The position numbers were made by a program, and so were the translations under genes. DNA of 64,000 bases from positions 1 to 64,000 of the forward strand of contig MNCI01002402.1 of NCBI GenBank assembly GCA_015680685.1. Reading direction: 5' to 3'. The DNA is from Gnetum montanum. Taxonomy: Eukaryota > Plantae > Gnetophyta. Each line of letters starts with the position of its first letter. Position 1 is the stretch's first letter. The notes under the pieces were generated by a model. The model had not been told where the DNA came from. It ran no database searches and saw only the letters and a program-made list of their open reading frames with translations. Shown one piece after another: positions 28,301 through 41,295 of this stretch.

Positions 28301-29432
28301 TGAAATTTTGGCATGTCAAAATGTTAAGAAAAATGAAGCACAAGAATGTTTGTATGGTTGTTTGGTTGTTGTGTTTGTATGACTTGGATTAAGAAAAGAA
28401 GACATGTGGAAGTTCAAGAACATGGAAAAGGAACAACGAAGGAAGCCTTAACATTGAAGGATTATTTTCAAGAAAAACATCTTATAGAAATAGCAAACGT
28501 CTACCATTAAGTGAAGATGTCTCCAAGGAAACGAAGATATCTTGGTAGAATTAAAGGTAGCATAAGAGAAGACATCTTTGGAAAATAGCAAATGTCATTT
28601 CGAATAGAAATATGTCTTTCATAAGAAGAAGACATCTTTGTAGAATGAAGGTCTAATGCAGAAAGATGTCTCAGTGTTGAAGAAGATGCCTTTCCAGAAT
28701 GAAGGTCCATTGTAGAAAGATGTCTTAGTCTTAGGGAAGATGTCTCAAGTGATCATTAATAAGCTATTTCATGAATTCCAAGGTGATTTTGGAAACATAT
28801 TGGCTATAAGAAGACTTCATTCTCATTGGGAAAATGTGCATGCATGTTGTTCTATCAATTTTATTCATCAAGTAATCATTGTAATCATTGTTGTTCTTCA
28901 TTGTACAATATCTTATCTATTGTAATTGGTCAAAGTGAGTTGTACCTCAAAGTGCAAGGATAAAAAAACTTAGTTGCATTCTTTCCTCATGATTTTTTTT
29001 CTCTTTCATTACCCTACAAGGTTGATGTTCTTCTTGTGTGAAGGCATCTTACTTGAGCTTGTTGGGATCCTATAGGATTGAGTGTTGGTCTTGCACCACA
29101 ACACTCTAGAGTAGAGCTCAATTTGTAAAGGTTGTGGGATCTTAAAAACCATATTTTGAGCTTGTCAGAACCTTGTGGAATTGAGTGGATTCACTATGTC
29201 AAATCACTCTATTGTAAAGCTTAGAGCTTATACAAGGCATGGTACCCTTCAAACCACATTTGAAAGCAACAAAGTCTAGAGATGTGCTTGCAAATTAACC
29301 TTTGAGTGTGGACTACCCAAGTTGGGGAACCACATTAATTTTGATGTTTTCTTTACTTCAAAGAATTTTTTATTTGGGAAACTTATTCATCTCTCCCACC
29401 TCCCCCACCCTTTCAAAGTTCAATGATCTTCA
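28301..29432 (+). repeat. 5' LTR of the SIRE-like element with AGACATCT/AGATGTCT array
   Basis: More than ten motif copies at 28475-28746, then ctataag at ~28804. Confidence 0.8.
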
Positions 29433-29451
29433 AGTGATATCAAATCTTGGT
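29433..29451 (+). promoter_or_regulatory. Primer-binding site, initiator tRNA-Met type
   Basis: agtgatatcaaatcttggt versus canonical agtggtatcagagc(ttggt), directly after the LTR terminal CA. Confidence 0.7.
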
Positions 29452-29479
29452 ACTCTTCTTCAACATCAATTTCAAAGAG

Positions 29480-31130
29480 TGAACATCAGAGGGGACATCT
29501 TATACAAAGCCATACATGTTCAATGGATTCCATTTCACCTATTGGAAAGCTGGAATGCAAGGATTATTCGAAACCATGGAGATTAAAGTTTGGGAGTTAA
29601 TCCTTAAAGGCTACACTTCACCTATCGATAGATCCATTGGGATCATCAAGCCCTACAAAAAATGGACACAAGAGGAGAAAGATAAGTTCATGTTTGATTT
29701 AAAAGAAAATAGTTATTTATATTATGCTTTGAATTTTTTCTAAATTTAATAGAGTATTAAGATGAAAAATGGCCAAATAAATCTAGCAAACCTTAGAAGC
29801 TACTTATGAAGGAACCTCTATTATTAAGCAATCAAAGTTATTAGTTTTGCAAAAAAAATACGATAAGATTAAAATGAGAAAATGTGAGAAAATAAAAGAG
29901 TACTTCTCTAGAGAAAATGATATTATTGTAGCTATTAGAGGTATTGATAAAGATTTACTTGAGAGTGATGTCATCATTAAAATTATCAGAACTCTTCAAT
30001 CAAAGTTCAAACTGAAGGTCACAACTATGGAAGGTTCAAAGTGCTATCATTGCTTATGAAATGAATCTCATAAGTAAAGGTAATCCAAGAAAGAATTATT
30101 ATTCTAAAGACTACCTCCAAGGAGAAGGAGCTTAGTGAGCATGATGAGGGCAATGAAGATGACATTGCCTTTCTCATAAGGAAGCTACAATGACTCATAA
30201 CAAGGAGAAAATAAGGGACATATTAACAAAGATCCAATTAGTAAAAAGGTAAAGAAAGAGGAAATTATTTTTTGAATTATAACTTAGATTTCTCTTATAT
30301 AGAATGTTGGGTCTATGGAGGAAAAGGTCATATGGCCTTCAAATGTCCTAGCAACATCAAGTTGCAACCCAAGAACAAATCCATTGATGAGGTGAAGAAA
30401 ACCAACTTTTATACAAGTTGGGATGATGGGGAGCATAGTGAAGAAGAAGTGGAGGATGATGCAAAAAATTTTCATCTCATTTACATGGCCCTCACTAATG
30501 ATGATACTAATTCATTAGATGATGATCTTAATGATGAAGAGAGGTTTGATATTTTATGTAATGAGCTTATCTTTCCAAAATATTTGCAATAAGCTAAATA
30601 AAGAGGTAAAATCTAAGGATCAAGAAATATCTTTGTTGAATTTAACTATTTTTGATCTTACTAAATACCTCTTAGACCTAAGGGTTGAAACTGAAAAGCT
30701 AACCTTGTCCTTAGAATGGGCCAAAGTTGAAGTTGCAAATGTTAAATTAGTAAATGAAAGATTGGTAAAGGGAAAAGAATCTCTTTAGATGGTGTTGGGA
30801 TAAGGAAGAAGTCCACATGATAAGAGTGATCTGGGATGTTGCATGCAAGAGAATTCATCTTCTATAAACCCATCACAAAGAGATCATCCTCCAAAGGAAA
30901 AAGCTAGTACACCAAAATTAGAGAAAGATCTTATCCATAAAAATGATCCTGAAAGGTTTGATCATTCTAATCTCTCAAAATAACAAAGGATAATTATGTG
31001 CTATTATTTTCATAAATTAGGGCATAAAATGGGATTGCAATCCCAAGTATTATAATATAAATAATTGGTCATATCATAGAACTCCTTGGTCTTATCAAAG
31101 TGCAACAAGAAAGGATGTTATGTAGGATCA
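29480..31130 (+). pseudogene. Copia-type gag (N-terminal F.G..F.YWK..M motif, UBN2-like core, CCHC knuckles)
   Basis: MFNGFHFTYWKAGMQGLFETMEIKVWELILKGY (29516); IKMRKCEKIKEYFSR..IIKIIRTL..KFKLKVT (29847); ECWVYGGKGHMAFKCP (30272 ORF); second decayed knuckle CYYFHKLGHK (~30998). Confidence 0.85.
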
Positions 31131-31576
31131 TAAGGGAGATTGAATGTCAACTCAAAAGAACAAAGGAACTAGAAAATAATGAAGAATTAAAAAGCAAGAA
31201 TAAGGAAATTAAGATATACTCTCTAACAAATTCATAAGCGGAAGCCAAGCTTTAGATATTAAAGAAGTTTAGTTTAAAAAGGAATCCTCAAAAGGGGAAA
31301 CTCCTTCTTTATCTCCTTGAGTACCATTACTTTTTGATAGAATAGTAGGTCAGTAGAGGTATCTTCAAAATAAAAGACATCTACTCATAAACAAAGACAT
31401 CTTTTTGGCTTTTCTTGCTTTGTGAGAAAGATGTCTACTACTATTTTAAAACATGGATAAGATGTCTTTCCTCTATAAAAGATGTCTTCTTTTTCATTCA
31501 AAGCTCTTGTACACTACCACTATTAAAGTCAAACCCCCATTTCTTTATTGTATTCTCTCATTGGATCCCACCAAGA

Positions 31577-33190
31577 ATGACTAGGGCTCCAAAATTTGCA
31601 ACAGTTTTATTAGAGATGGTCTACAAGAAGGTTGAAATGTCTAGGGCATCACTAAAGAAGAAATCCAAAGGATGTTTGAGTAACACACCATCCACTTACA
31701 TGCTCCAATAAGGTAATGCAAGTGCAACACAAGTTTAAGGCCACTTGAACCACTAGCATCATTGCTGAATGTTCTTTTTCTTTTCCTACCAATAGATAAA
31801 CTACATTGATGGATTACTTTAAAGCTTTGAACTAGGGCTCTTTCATTGTAATGAATTATCTAGTTCTTGAAGTATTAATTAAATAACTCTATTATAATAT
31901 TGGTCATACAAATGTTGTTGTTGGGGAATTCACTTCTATGGTTGGGGATCTGCTCATTGAGGTCTCTCCCCAAGTTGTGAATGCAATCCTTGGGATTTTC
32001 AGTCCTGATGTCTTCTAGGTAACCATTGATTCCATGTAGGACATTTATTCAAATGGTACCATGCCCATATCATATGATGAATTTTTTAATGTATTATTTG
32101 GAAAAGATGTTACATTTGATAGAAGTCATGTTGAAAAGAGCTTGATGACTCTTGATGCTTCCATCTTGTCTCTTATTATATTATATAACATTATGGTAAA
32201 ACTAGAAAGTTATAGTTATTTGCTCCCACCCAAAGCCTCTATACTTTATTATCTTTTCATAGAAATACCATTCGATCTAGGGTATACACTTTGTCAAGAC
32301 ATGTTAAGTTTGTTTACCAAGGAAAGAATCCTTAGGTATCCTTATCTCATCAACTTGTTGATTTGTTAGAAGGGTGCACCAATTTTAGAGATGCCTTTGC
32401 TCAATGTCAAGAGGAGCCTCAATGAATATGTTGAGAAGAGGAGTCTTTCAAATGTTGTAGAAGCAAGACCTAGCACTAAATCACAAAAGAAGAAGAATGA
32501 GGCATCTCCCTAGTTGAGCAAATCAAAATCCACAAGTGCTCAAATCCATTCTTCACTAAAGAAGCTTCTTTGACCTTTTTCCCAAGCCATCAGGAAGATT
32601 GGGAGAAACCTCTCTTACTTGCATAAGAGTGTGGATACAATTGGCATTTCACCTCCTTTCAATGGACAAGAGTTCAAGGAGATTACTGCTCCTCCTATTT
32701 CTAATAGTGAGGAGGATGTTTTTGTCCCAACAAGGCATTCTACAAAAACTAATCCTTCACATGCTTATGAATCAAAGATGAAATTTAATTTAGATCCTAA
32801 GGTGTCACCAACTTGTATCCATGGGGAGCATTTTGTTTCCATGTAGTAGCCTAAGAATCTTGATCTTGCACTACCTATCTATTTCATTCCTCCATCAGGT
32901 AATGTTCCAAGCTCTTTTGAGTAATAGGCTATGAAGAGTATCTTTGGGACCACATCCTAATGGGTACCAGTTCAATAGCCTCCATCTTAGTTAGATCCTC
33001 TAGCTTCATCTTGATTTTGAGTGAAACTTCATCCTTGTCAAGCTCCCATCTAGTAGATTGAGTCCTCTTATGAGGACACGTTGTGATCAAGTTGATAGAG
33101 CACCAACAGTTATGATGATGAGGAGGAGACTTATCATCTATCCAAAGTAGTAGTGAACTTAGAATTTGAGGATGCAATTGAGGCTAGTGA
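31577..33190 (+). pseudogene. Extra ('env-like') ORF of the SIRE-like element
   Basis: Starts MTRAPK. ORF 32061-32369 (..ILYNIMVK..ILYYLFIEIPFDLGYTLCQDML..LRYPYLINLLIC) has the pattern of plant retroelement extra-ORF domains. S/P-rich C-terminus. Confidence 0.7.
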
Positions 33191-33404
33191 TTAGAGACCT
33201 CAAGAGACTGTCTCTCCTTTTTGTTGTTGTCCAAAAAGGGACAAAAAGTTTCTGCTTCTCACATATGTGATTTTTTAGACTTTGCACATATGTGATTGAT
33301 GTGATACTAAACATATGGTTGTTTTGATAGTTGTGGATTTATGTAGATAGTTGGTCACATGATAGTTTGTAAAAGAGTTATACACAAATGGTGTTTTCCT
33401 TAAA

Positions 33405-34480
33405 TATCACAAGGATGTCTGTGTGATTTTTGTATTTGTAGGACTTGGAATAAGATAAGAAGTCATTTGGAAGTTCAAGAACATGGAAAAGGAATAAAGA
33501 AGGAAGCCTTAGCATTGAAGAATTAATTTTAGGAAAAACATCTTGCAAAAATAGCAAACATCTACCATTAAGTGAAGACATCTCCAAGGTAAAGAAGACA
33601 TCATGGTAGAATTAAAGGTAGCATAGGAGAGAAGAAATCTCTAGAAAATAGTAGATTTATTTCTCGACATAAAGACATCTTTCATGAGAAGAAGACATCT
33701 TTGTAGAATGAAGGTCTAATGCAGAAAGGTGTCTCAGTCTTGAAGAAGATGTCTTTCCAAAATGAAGGTCCATTGTAGAAAGATGTCTCATTCTTAGAGA
33801 AGATGTCTCTAATGATCATTAATTAGCCATTTCATGAATTTCAAGGTAATTTCATAAACATATTAGCTATAAGAAGACTTCATTCTCATTGGAAAATCTA
33901 CAAGCACTAGGTACTATCAATTGTATTCATCAAGTAATCATTGTAATCATTGTTGTTCTTCATTGTACAATCTTTTGTCTATTGTAATTGGTCAAAGTGA
34001 GTTGTACCACAAAGTGCAAGGATCAACAAACTTAGTTGCATTCTTTCCTTGTGATTGTTGTTGTCTTTGGCTACCCTATGGGGTTGATGTTCTTCTTGAG
34101 GGAAGGCATCTTGCTTGAGCTTTTTGGAATCCTACAGGATTGAGTGTTGGTGTAGTGTCATAGCTCTTCAAAGTAAAGCTCAACTTGTAAAGGTAATGGG
34201 ATCCTGGAAACCACATTCTAAGATTATTAGGACCTTACAAGGTTGAGTGGATTTATAGCATTGAATCACTTCATTATGGAACTTAGATCTTGTACAATGT
34301 ATGGTACCATTCAAACTACATTTGAGAATAACAAATTTAGGAGGTATTCTTGGAAACTACCCTTCATGTGTGGACTACCGAAGTTGGGGAACCATGTTAA
34401 TTTTGGTGTGTCCTTTGTTTGAAAGAATTTTTTATTTGAGGAACTTACTCATCCTCCCCTTCTAAGTTCAACGATCCTCA
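33405..34480 (+). repeat. 3' LTR of the SIRE-like element (5' end apparently eroded)
   Basis: Collinear with the 5' LTR from cacaaggatgt (~33408) to acgatcctca (34480). Confidence 0.8.
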
Positions 34481-37400
34481 ATAGAGACTAGTGTCTTCTT
34501 CCAATATAAAGAAGATGATCCATAGACTAAAAAATAAAAGCTAGTGATGTTTCATCAAGACATGTTAGAGACCATAGAAACTTTGATTAAAGATATGGGT
34601 AAAATAGCTAATAGTTAAGCAACTAAGCTAAAGGAGTTGCTTATGTATCGACGATACGGAAGGAGTTGAAGAGCTTCAAATAATAAAATGATTAGCTTCA
34701 AGAAATAATTACCATTAAGGAATCATTGCTTGAAAATAAATAATAAAGCACATTGCAATTAAAGAAAAGATTAGCTATTATGAGTTCAAGATTGAAACAA
34801 ATCAGAAAGGGAAAAGCTCCAAATCATTCACATCTAAATCTACAAAATTTTAAGAAAATAATCATTGTAATGAATTATAGCAAGGAGTGGATGAAGGAGT
34901 CAAGGGATGAAATTATACAGATTCAAGAGAAAAAGATCATTTTCCTATAAATGGAATGAAAAGCACAAGAATTGTGTAGTTAGCTAAAACAAAAAGAGAT
35001 TTTCTACCTTAGTATAAATATGACCTTTTGAATATGATGAAGATGGCAATTACTAAAATTATGAATGAAACTACTAAGAAGAAGATAAAATTAGAACATG
35101 CTTGTTCTATTGTAGGAGCTGCATTAATAAGGATAACTAATTCCATAAGCAAAAAAAGTTTGGGAGAAACAAGTGCTAAAGAGATTTATAAACCTTAATA
35201 ATATTGAATCAAATGCAATGAATAAGTCTATTAAGGTTTTCCTCAATCATTGTAGGTTATCCTAGTAATTATCAATTGAAGGTCTCTAGATTCAAAGGAT
35301 GAGAAGGATTTACCAAGGAATTGAACAATTATCAACTAGTTTGCAGTTATATGAGGAAAATGTAAGACATATGAAAACTTAAATTTTATAACCGTTGTAA
35401 CTACCAGTGGCTAATATATAAATCCTAGAGCAGAAGCCATTTGGAGGGAAGGGAGGATTTTCTTGAAAAAAGCTAGTAAATATCGTTTTCACATAATGGC
35501 ATTTTGAATGGGTTTTATCTATCTCCTTTAGCTTTCATCTCTTAGTTAGCAGTTGAAATTGAATAACTTGTCCTTATTTTGTCTAGCTTAAATATTGCGT
35601 AGCTATAATTAAATGAATTGCTAGTTTTGAAATAGGTTATTTTCTCTATGAGCTAAGGTTTAGCTTATTCCTATTATCCTGATTGAATAAGATGGCTTCA
35701 ATAAGTGTTAGTTCAAAATCAATTTAACATAGAAGATATTGTCATCTTTATGTGATTTTAATCTTTTCAGATAATATCTTTACATCAATTTCTTGCTCTA
35801 TTTAGCAAAACTTTTGTAATTTAGCACTAGAAAGTTAGCTAACAAATAGCTCAAAATTGAAGATTACAATTTTCTATAATATTTTTCATTCTCTATATAT
35901 GTTGTGCAAGATTTAAAGCTCAACTTATAGGAGAGCTATTCGATTTATTTAATGATGTTAGAAGACAACTAAAAATGATAGTGGTAGTTACATATAAGAC
36001 AATAGTTTTGTGGAGAAATTTTTATTATTAAATACATTTAGTCATATTTAGCTCACTTATACCAATAGAAGCTATTTGGAGGTATCTATGCCTTAGCAGT
36101 ACTAAGGACCCACAACCTAAAATGAGTTATATAGGACTATTCTTTGAGTAGTGTTGTGTTCTTGTTCCAAAAAGAAGCTAATTCAAGAGATAGCTCCTTC
36201 AAATAACTAGAACTTGTCAATTTTTGAAAGGTTTGCTAATGAGATGAATCATGCCAAAGATCATAGATGATACACCACACTTTAGAAGACTAGTTTGGTT
36301 CATGATTTTTATGATAGGGAGGATCTGAGCTTAGAGGTTAAGTAGCCTAAGTGATCTAAACTATGGTTGAGCCTAAAAGGTAATTTAAAAGGCATGAAGT
36401 TAGCTCTTTATTATATTATGATTTTATGCCTATGTGATGTTTTGACTCTAATATTGATGCTTATGTTTTTCATATAGTATTAAGACTTAAAAGGTGATAT
36501 AAATTAAGATAAACGATGAAAAAGAGAGATCATTATAGATTAATATCCATAACATTTCATCTAGTCACCAATGGTTAATGAGTGGGGAGAGGAGAAAATA
36601 CCTTCACATCTTTAAGTAGGTAGGGTTGATGCCCTTCTTCACTCTAAGATCACTTATCATTTCTTCTACAAATGTTATTACTATGATGAAATTCTATTCA
36701 AGCCAATAATAGTTGTTTTTGTTCTATATGCATAATAAGGAGGTAATCTTATAGTGAAACAAGGACTGCTTATGATATTGGTTTGAGTCATTAGATGGAG
36801 GTACCTTTATTAAGGACAACTAGTTGTCTAGGACTAAGAGCCAAAAGATCAAGGGCTAGATGTTGTACATAGGTAATGTAATGATTAAAAATTTTAATGT
36901 TGGAAAATAAAGATCTTACTATGAAAAAAATTTAACCTTAGAATCCACAGGTCTCAAAAATGGTCTAAGGCATCTTAGGTGACCTTATTGATTACCTAAG
37001 GACCTAAAAAATGTGTTACTAAAAGAAATACAAGAAAAAAAAGTAATAATAATGCAAGAGGTAGATCCAACATTGTATTAGTAAGAGAGAACAAAAAATG
37101 ATATTGAAAGAAACAGAAAATGCGGCAAAAAATAACCTATAAAATTTGTATTAACTCTAAACTACAATGGTGAGAGAATACAAAATGTGAACTATGAATA
37201 TTCCTCAGCTCTCTGCAAAAAGATGGTTCTAAAAGTATGGCTTATATGTGGATGGTGTGTGTCCTAAAATCCTTTCAAATATGTCCAACTTAATTGACTT
37301 ACTCATGGAAAACTACAATAGGTTCTTACTAATGATGATTGATGTTTAAATGAAAAACTGTCTCTAGATTCTTTGATATGCTTCAAAAGTCTCAAATTTT

Positions 37401-38263
37401 TGAAGAAGCCTCTAATTATCCAAAAGTCAGTAAAATGATATCCAAATTCTATTTTTATATGCTACAATTTGTTGTTTCTTCATATATTCTATTCAAACAA
37501 GTTTTCTAGGCCATTACACAACATTTTCAACCATTTTCATTATCCGAAACTATGACATTTTTGGCACCTACATTTTGTGCTATTGTGAATTTAAATGTAG
37601 GATTTTTTGGCAACATATTTGACAATTTCAAGCTCAACTACACTAGCTTAATGAAATTCATTTTACATGTTTAAAATGCTTGGAATTTTTATTGGAACAA
37701 GATCACAAAGTGAATTTTTAAAGGGAATTGAAGGCATTTGTGTTTGCTCTTGAATCTAATAAAATTACAATGCAAATTTGGCTATAAGACTTTCTTGGTT
37801 TGAACAAAATTTTCATTGAGGTGTTTCATTTGCCACTTCTTTGTGGATGTTTTGAGGATCAACTTAAAAGACATAAATAAAGAATATGAAACACTACTAC
37901 AGATTCATCACCAACACTCCTCTTTCTACACTTGATTCAACAGCTATTGAATCATGCCAAAGAGTATTTACAATGGTGAATTAAGGTTAACACATGATAA
38001 AAATTTGGAGTGAGGATTTTGCTATATATGGGTTATTTGGAAGTGATTAAATAAAATAATGAAGACTTCCAAATTTTTTGATATCATGATCATGACATGG
38101 CGATGTAGTTGCTTATTGACAAGATCTTCATGATTGATGCTTGTTATATCAATTACATGTGCATAAACTTGGAGAAACTAGTGCTTTGATATCAGCTACT
38201 TTGGCCAGTTGTCTCATTCAATTTTTTAGAGTTGTTGACTTATTTAGGTTTATAGTACATTGG

Positions 38264-39109
38264 TGATTTGCAACAAGGTACCCCCTATGCCCAACCATAC
38301 AAATCACAAGCATTCATGCACAATCTAGTCAAATTTGATGGATGGAACTAGTTGTGCATCTAAATAATTATGCTTTGATTTCAGTTCACTATCTTTCCAC
38401 TTGGACTAGTGGTAGCTTTGTCATGTATGGTTTAGTCCAAAGTGAGGCATTTGATGTTGTCTAATTCTATGTTGCTCCTAATGATGATAAAGAAATAAAT
38501 TAACTAAGCTAATGAACAATGAAAAATAAGATCTAAACTAGCCTATGTGTAATAAGTATTCATCCCCAATCATTTCTACATGCCTTGGACTTCATATAAC
38601 TACCATTGGGATTGCCAAGTGTACATCACTGGGTGCACCAAAAAATACACTATTGGATTACTAAGTACTTACACTTAAGCACTTGTGATTAAGTTGTACC
38701 CATTCCGCTTAATGATAGAAATAGTAAATAGCAATAAATAAAAATATTAACTAAAGAAAATAATAAATAATTAAAGTAATAATAAATATAAGTGAATGTA
38801 GCAATGGTGGAAGTAATCTTGATCTTCATTTTTGATCATGTAATGTGTCTAAGTACATCACACTTGAACAAAGTTGTTGTATGATTACAAACATCACACT
38901 ATAGGCATGCACTGGGAATAATAGAACTTGAATTCAGAAATCTAAGAAAGACTATAAAAAATTGATAATTAAAACTATATCCCAATTGTGCACCCAAGTG
39001 TTGTATTTATAGGCTAATATGGAAGACACGATATTGGATATCTAAAATCATTTCTTGGGACCTGATATCATGTATTCAATATCAAGGCTGACATAATGAT
39101 AACTCATCA
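38264..39109 (-). repeat. 3' LTR of element B
   Basis: Collinear with 45903-46774 and adjacent to the PPT. Confidence 0.9.
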
Positions 39110-39329
39110 TACCCACATGACTAAATAAAAACTCATCCTTGAGTTAAACAAAATAAGGAATAAGTTCTTTACAAAACTTGGTGAAAAGGTATGAAATTAT
39201 TAACTAACTTAGACAAACAACAAATGGACTTATACAGGCTATAGTGGTGTTTACAAAAATTAGGACATGAAATTATAAGATACAACTTAGGAAAGCTCAT
39301 GTGGTTTTCATATTTCTTGGCCTCATTTT

Positions 39330-41295
39330 ACCATGCACTAACTTTGATTGTTGACTTCTATCAAATGGTGCAAACCTCCTTCCTGAATATGGTCCTTTTT
39401 TCCCTAGATAATTTATTAATTTCCTAATTGACCCTCACTAGTTATTCTTACAACTAGTGGATACTTTTCTCTAAAATATTCTTTTTCATTTCAATTGTAG
39501 TCAACCTTGATTTTTTGGCAATGAGTTGTTTGTTTTCTTCTTATGCTATGGTCAGTGCCTTTTGTGGGCATAGGTCCATGCTTAAGCTACAGAGGCATCC
39601 AAGACCATCTTTTTCTTCTCTTGCTCTATAGTTTTGTTTTTCTCAATTAACTTGGTTAGCTACTCTATTCTAAATTGTTCTACCTTGTTAAGAATAATAA
39701 ATTGGATAGAATCCCATCTTTTGGCTTTCAAGGTAGATAGCTCTTATTGGAACCTATGGACTTCTATTTCTACGTGCTCCACCCTAGTCTTTGCCATGAC
39801 TATTTTTCCTTTATTGGCTATGAGATCTAGCTATCCTAAAGTGACATCATTGGGGATGTTAAACAAAGTGGTCATCACTTTCCTTATCTACAATAGTTGA
39901 TCTAATACATCCTCATGTGCCACAAGAGTCATCGAAGTTTGAATGAGCATGTAAGAATCTTTGGTCCTCGTCAAGTCTATTAGTGGCATGATAGGCACAT
40001 TGAATGATTCCTTGATATGATCCATTATTACTTTTTCTATGCCTTCCACATCCTAATGCTACATTACCATGACTGTGGCACCTTCTCTTATCTCAAGCAT
40101 CACTTGAAAGGATGTAGTGTTTCCAAAGATTTGCCTGGACCATTAGGATTCTCCTCCTAATTGTAGTGAAATTTGTCCACTTTTTAGGTTAGTTAAAATG
40201 GTGGGCTATACAAAATCTTTAATTACTCTAAAAATATTAGACTCATATCTACTTCCATAACTAATGAATTTAGCAATTTTCTATATATGGTTCCTTAAGG
40301 ATCTATAATCTTGCAGTGGTGATGATGGCGAAGCTTGTGTTTCAGGGTGTTGTTCAGGCTCATCTTGTACTTTTATTTCTAGTTCTGCTTTCTTCTCTAG
40401 TTCTTATTCTTCACCAATGTATTTTCTTGGTGTTGTAAGTTTGAGAAACTATGTGAAGGAAGCATTTTTAGCCTTCTTGGGGACATCATTTGTGTGCCCC
40501 AAGATTTCAACATGCTTGCATAGCTTTCTGATAAGACAAGGAAATGGGAGTGTTGGCTTCCCTACCTTTTTCTCCTCAAACTACCTCTAAATTTCTATGA
40601 AATAAAATTGAGGAAGGTTGACCATGTATTTTCCCATTAGGATAGCACTTCCTCTAGCTGCATATGTTGAGATCCTATTAAGTGCTTTAGTTGGGAAGAG
40701 ATGATATGTGCCAATCTTGAAGTATGTCCTTTCCTCCAAAGTTAATTCATTATAGATTTTGTCCTCTTTATGGTATGCTCATTTCAGCCACAGCTTCCTG
40801 GTGTCGAGGTCAAACCTAGTGGATAAATGGGCTACCTTAGCCCCTTCATCTGATAAATTAAGAGCTACTATAATTACCTTAACTAAGAATGAGATATTGA
40901 CTCCACAAATGTTGATAGTGGTGTCTTCATCTTTGTTGTGCCAAACTTGGTGGATCTCGCCAAGGTACCAATCATCACTATCTGAGAGAACAAGCCAAAG
41001 TAGTGATGCCTAGAGTTTTCTTGGATGATCATGATCAATGTGGGCTTTTCTTGATGGTCATAAGGCATTCATGGGGCAATGTGAGACATTGTCCCTGCAC
41101 AAGATTTGGTGGTTCTACAGCATCTTCTTGGACTGACTGTCCAGTAATAAGAGCCTCTTGGGCTTCCTATGTTGCACAAGATTGGGCTTCCTATTTTTCA
41201 TGTTGGGCTAGCTCACCCTACAATCTCCTACCACCTCTTGGACATTTGAGAACTCTTTGCAAAGGTTCTCCTTGTGCTCCTCTTTTTGGGATCAT
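39330..41295 (-). pseudogene. Extra 3' ORF of element B
   Basis: Starts MIPKRGAQGEP (41295). VNLPQFYFIEI.R.FEEKKVGKPTLPFPCLIRKLCKHVE at ~40620-40505 is homologous to the element A ORF. Coiled-coil-like tail at 39900-39450; end approximate. Confidence 0.7.

Larger units (their letters stand above)
28301..34480 (+). mobile_element. Non-autonomous SIRE-like Ty1/copia element: LTR-gag-extra ORF-LTR, no pol
   Basis: LTRs ~28301-29432 and ~33405-34480 are collinear and end gatcttca/gatcctca. Met-type PBS at 29433. Copia gag present. Purine tract ccaaaaagggacaaaaag at ~33231. No RT/INT motifs between the LTRs. Left boundary approximate. Confidence 0.8.
26433..35382 (+). pseudogene. Decayed TE-type extra ORF with coiled-coil-like C-terminus, split by the SIRE-like insertion (pieces 26433-28279 and 34481-35382)
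   Basis: TATA at 26111-26120 and ATG at 26433. ORF pieces 26997-27203 (..WAYMALENKKNFFLVQYMNDVLQHSL) and 34753-34950 (K/E/I/Q-rich). Sequence continues across the insertion via the duplicated segment. Confidence 0.5.
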
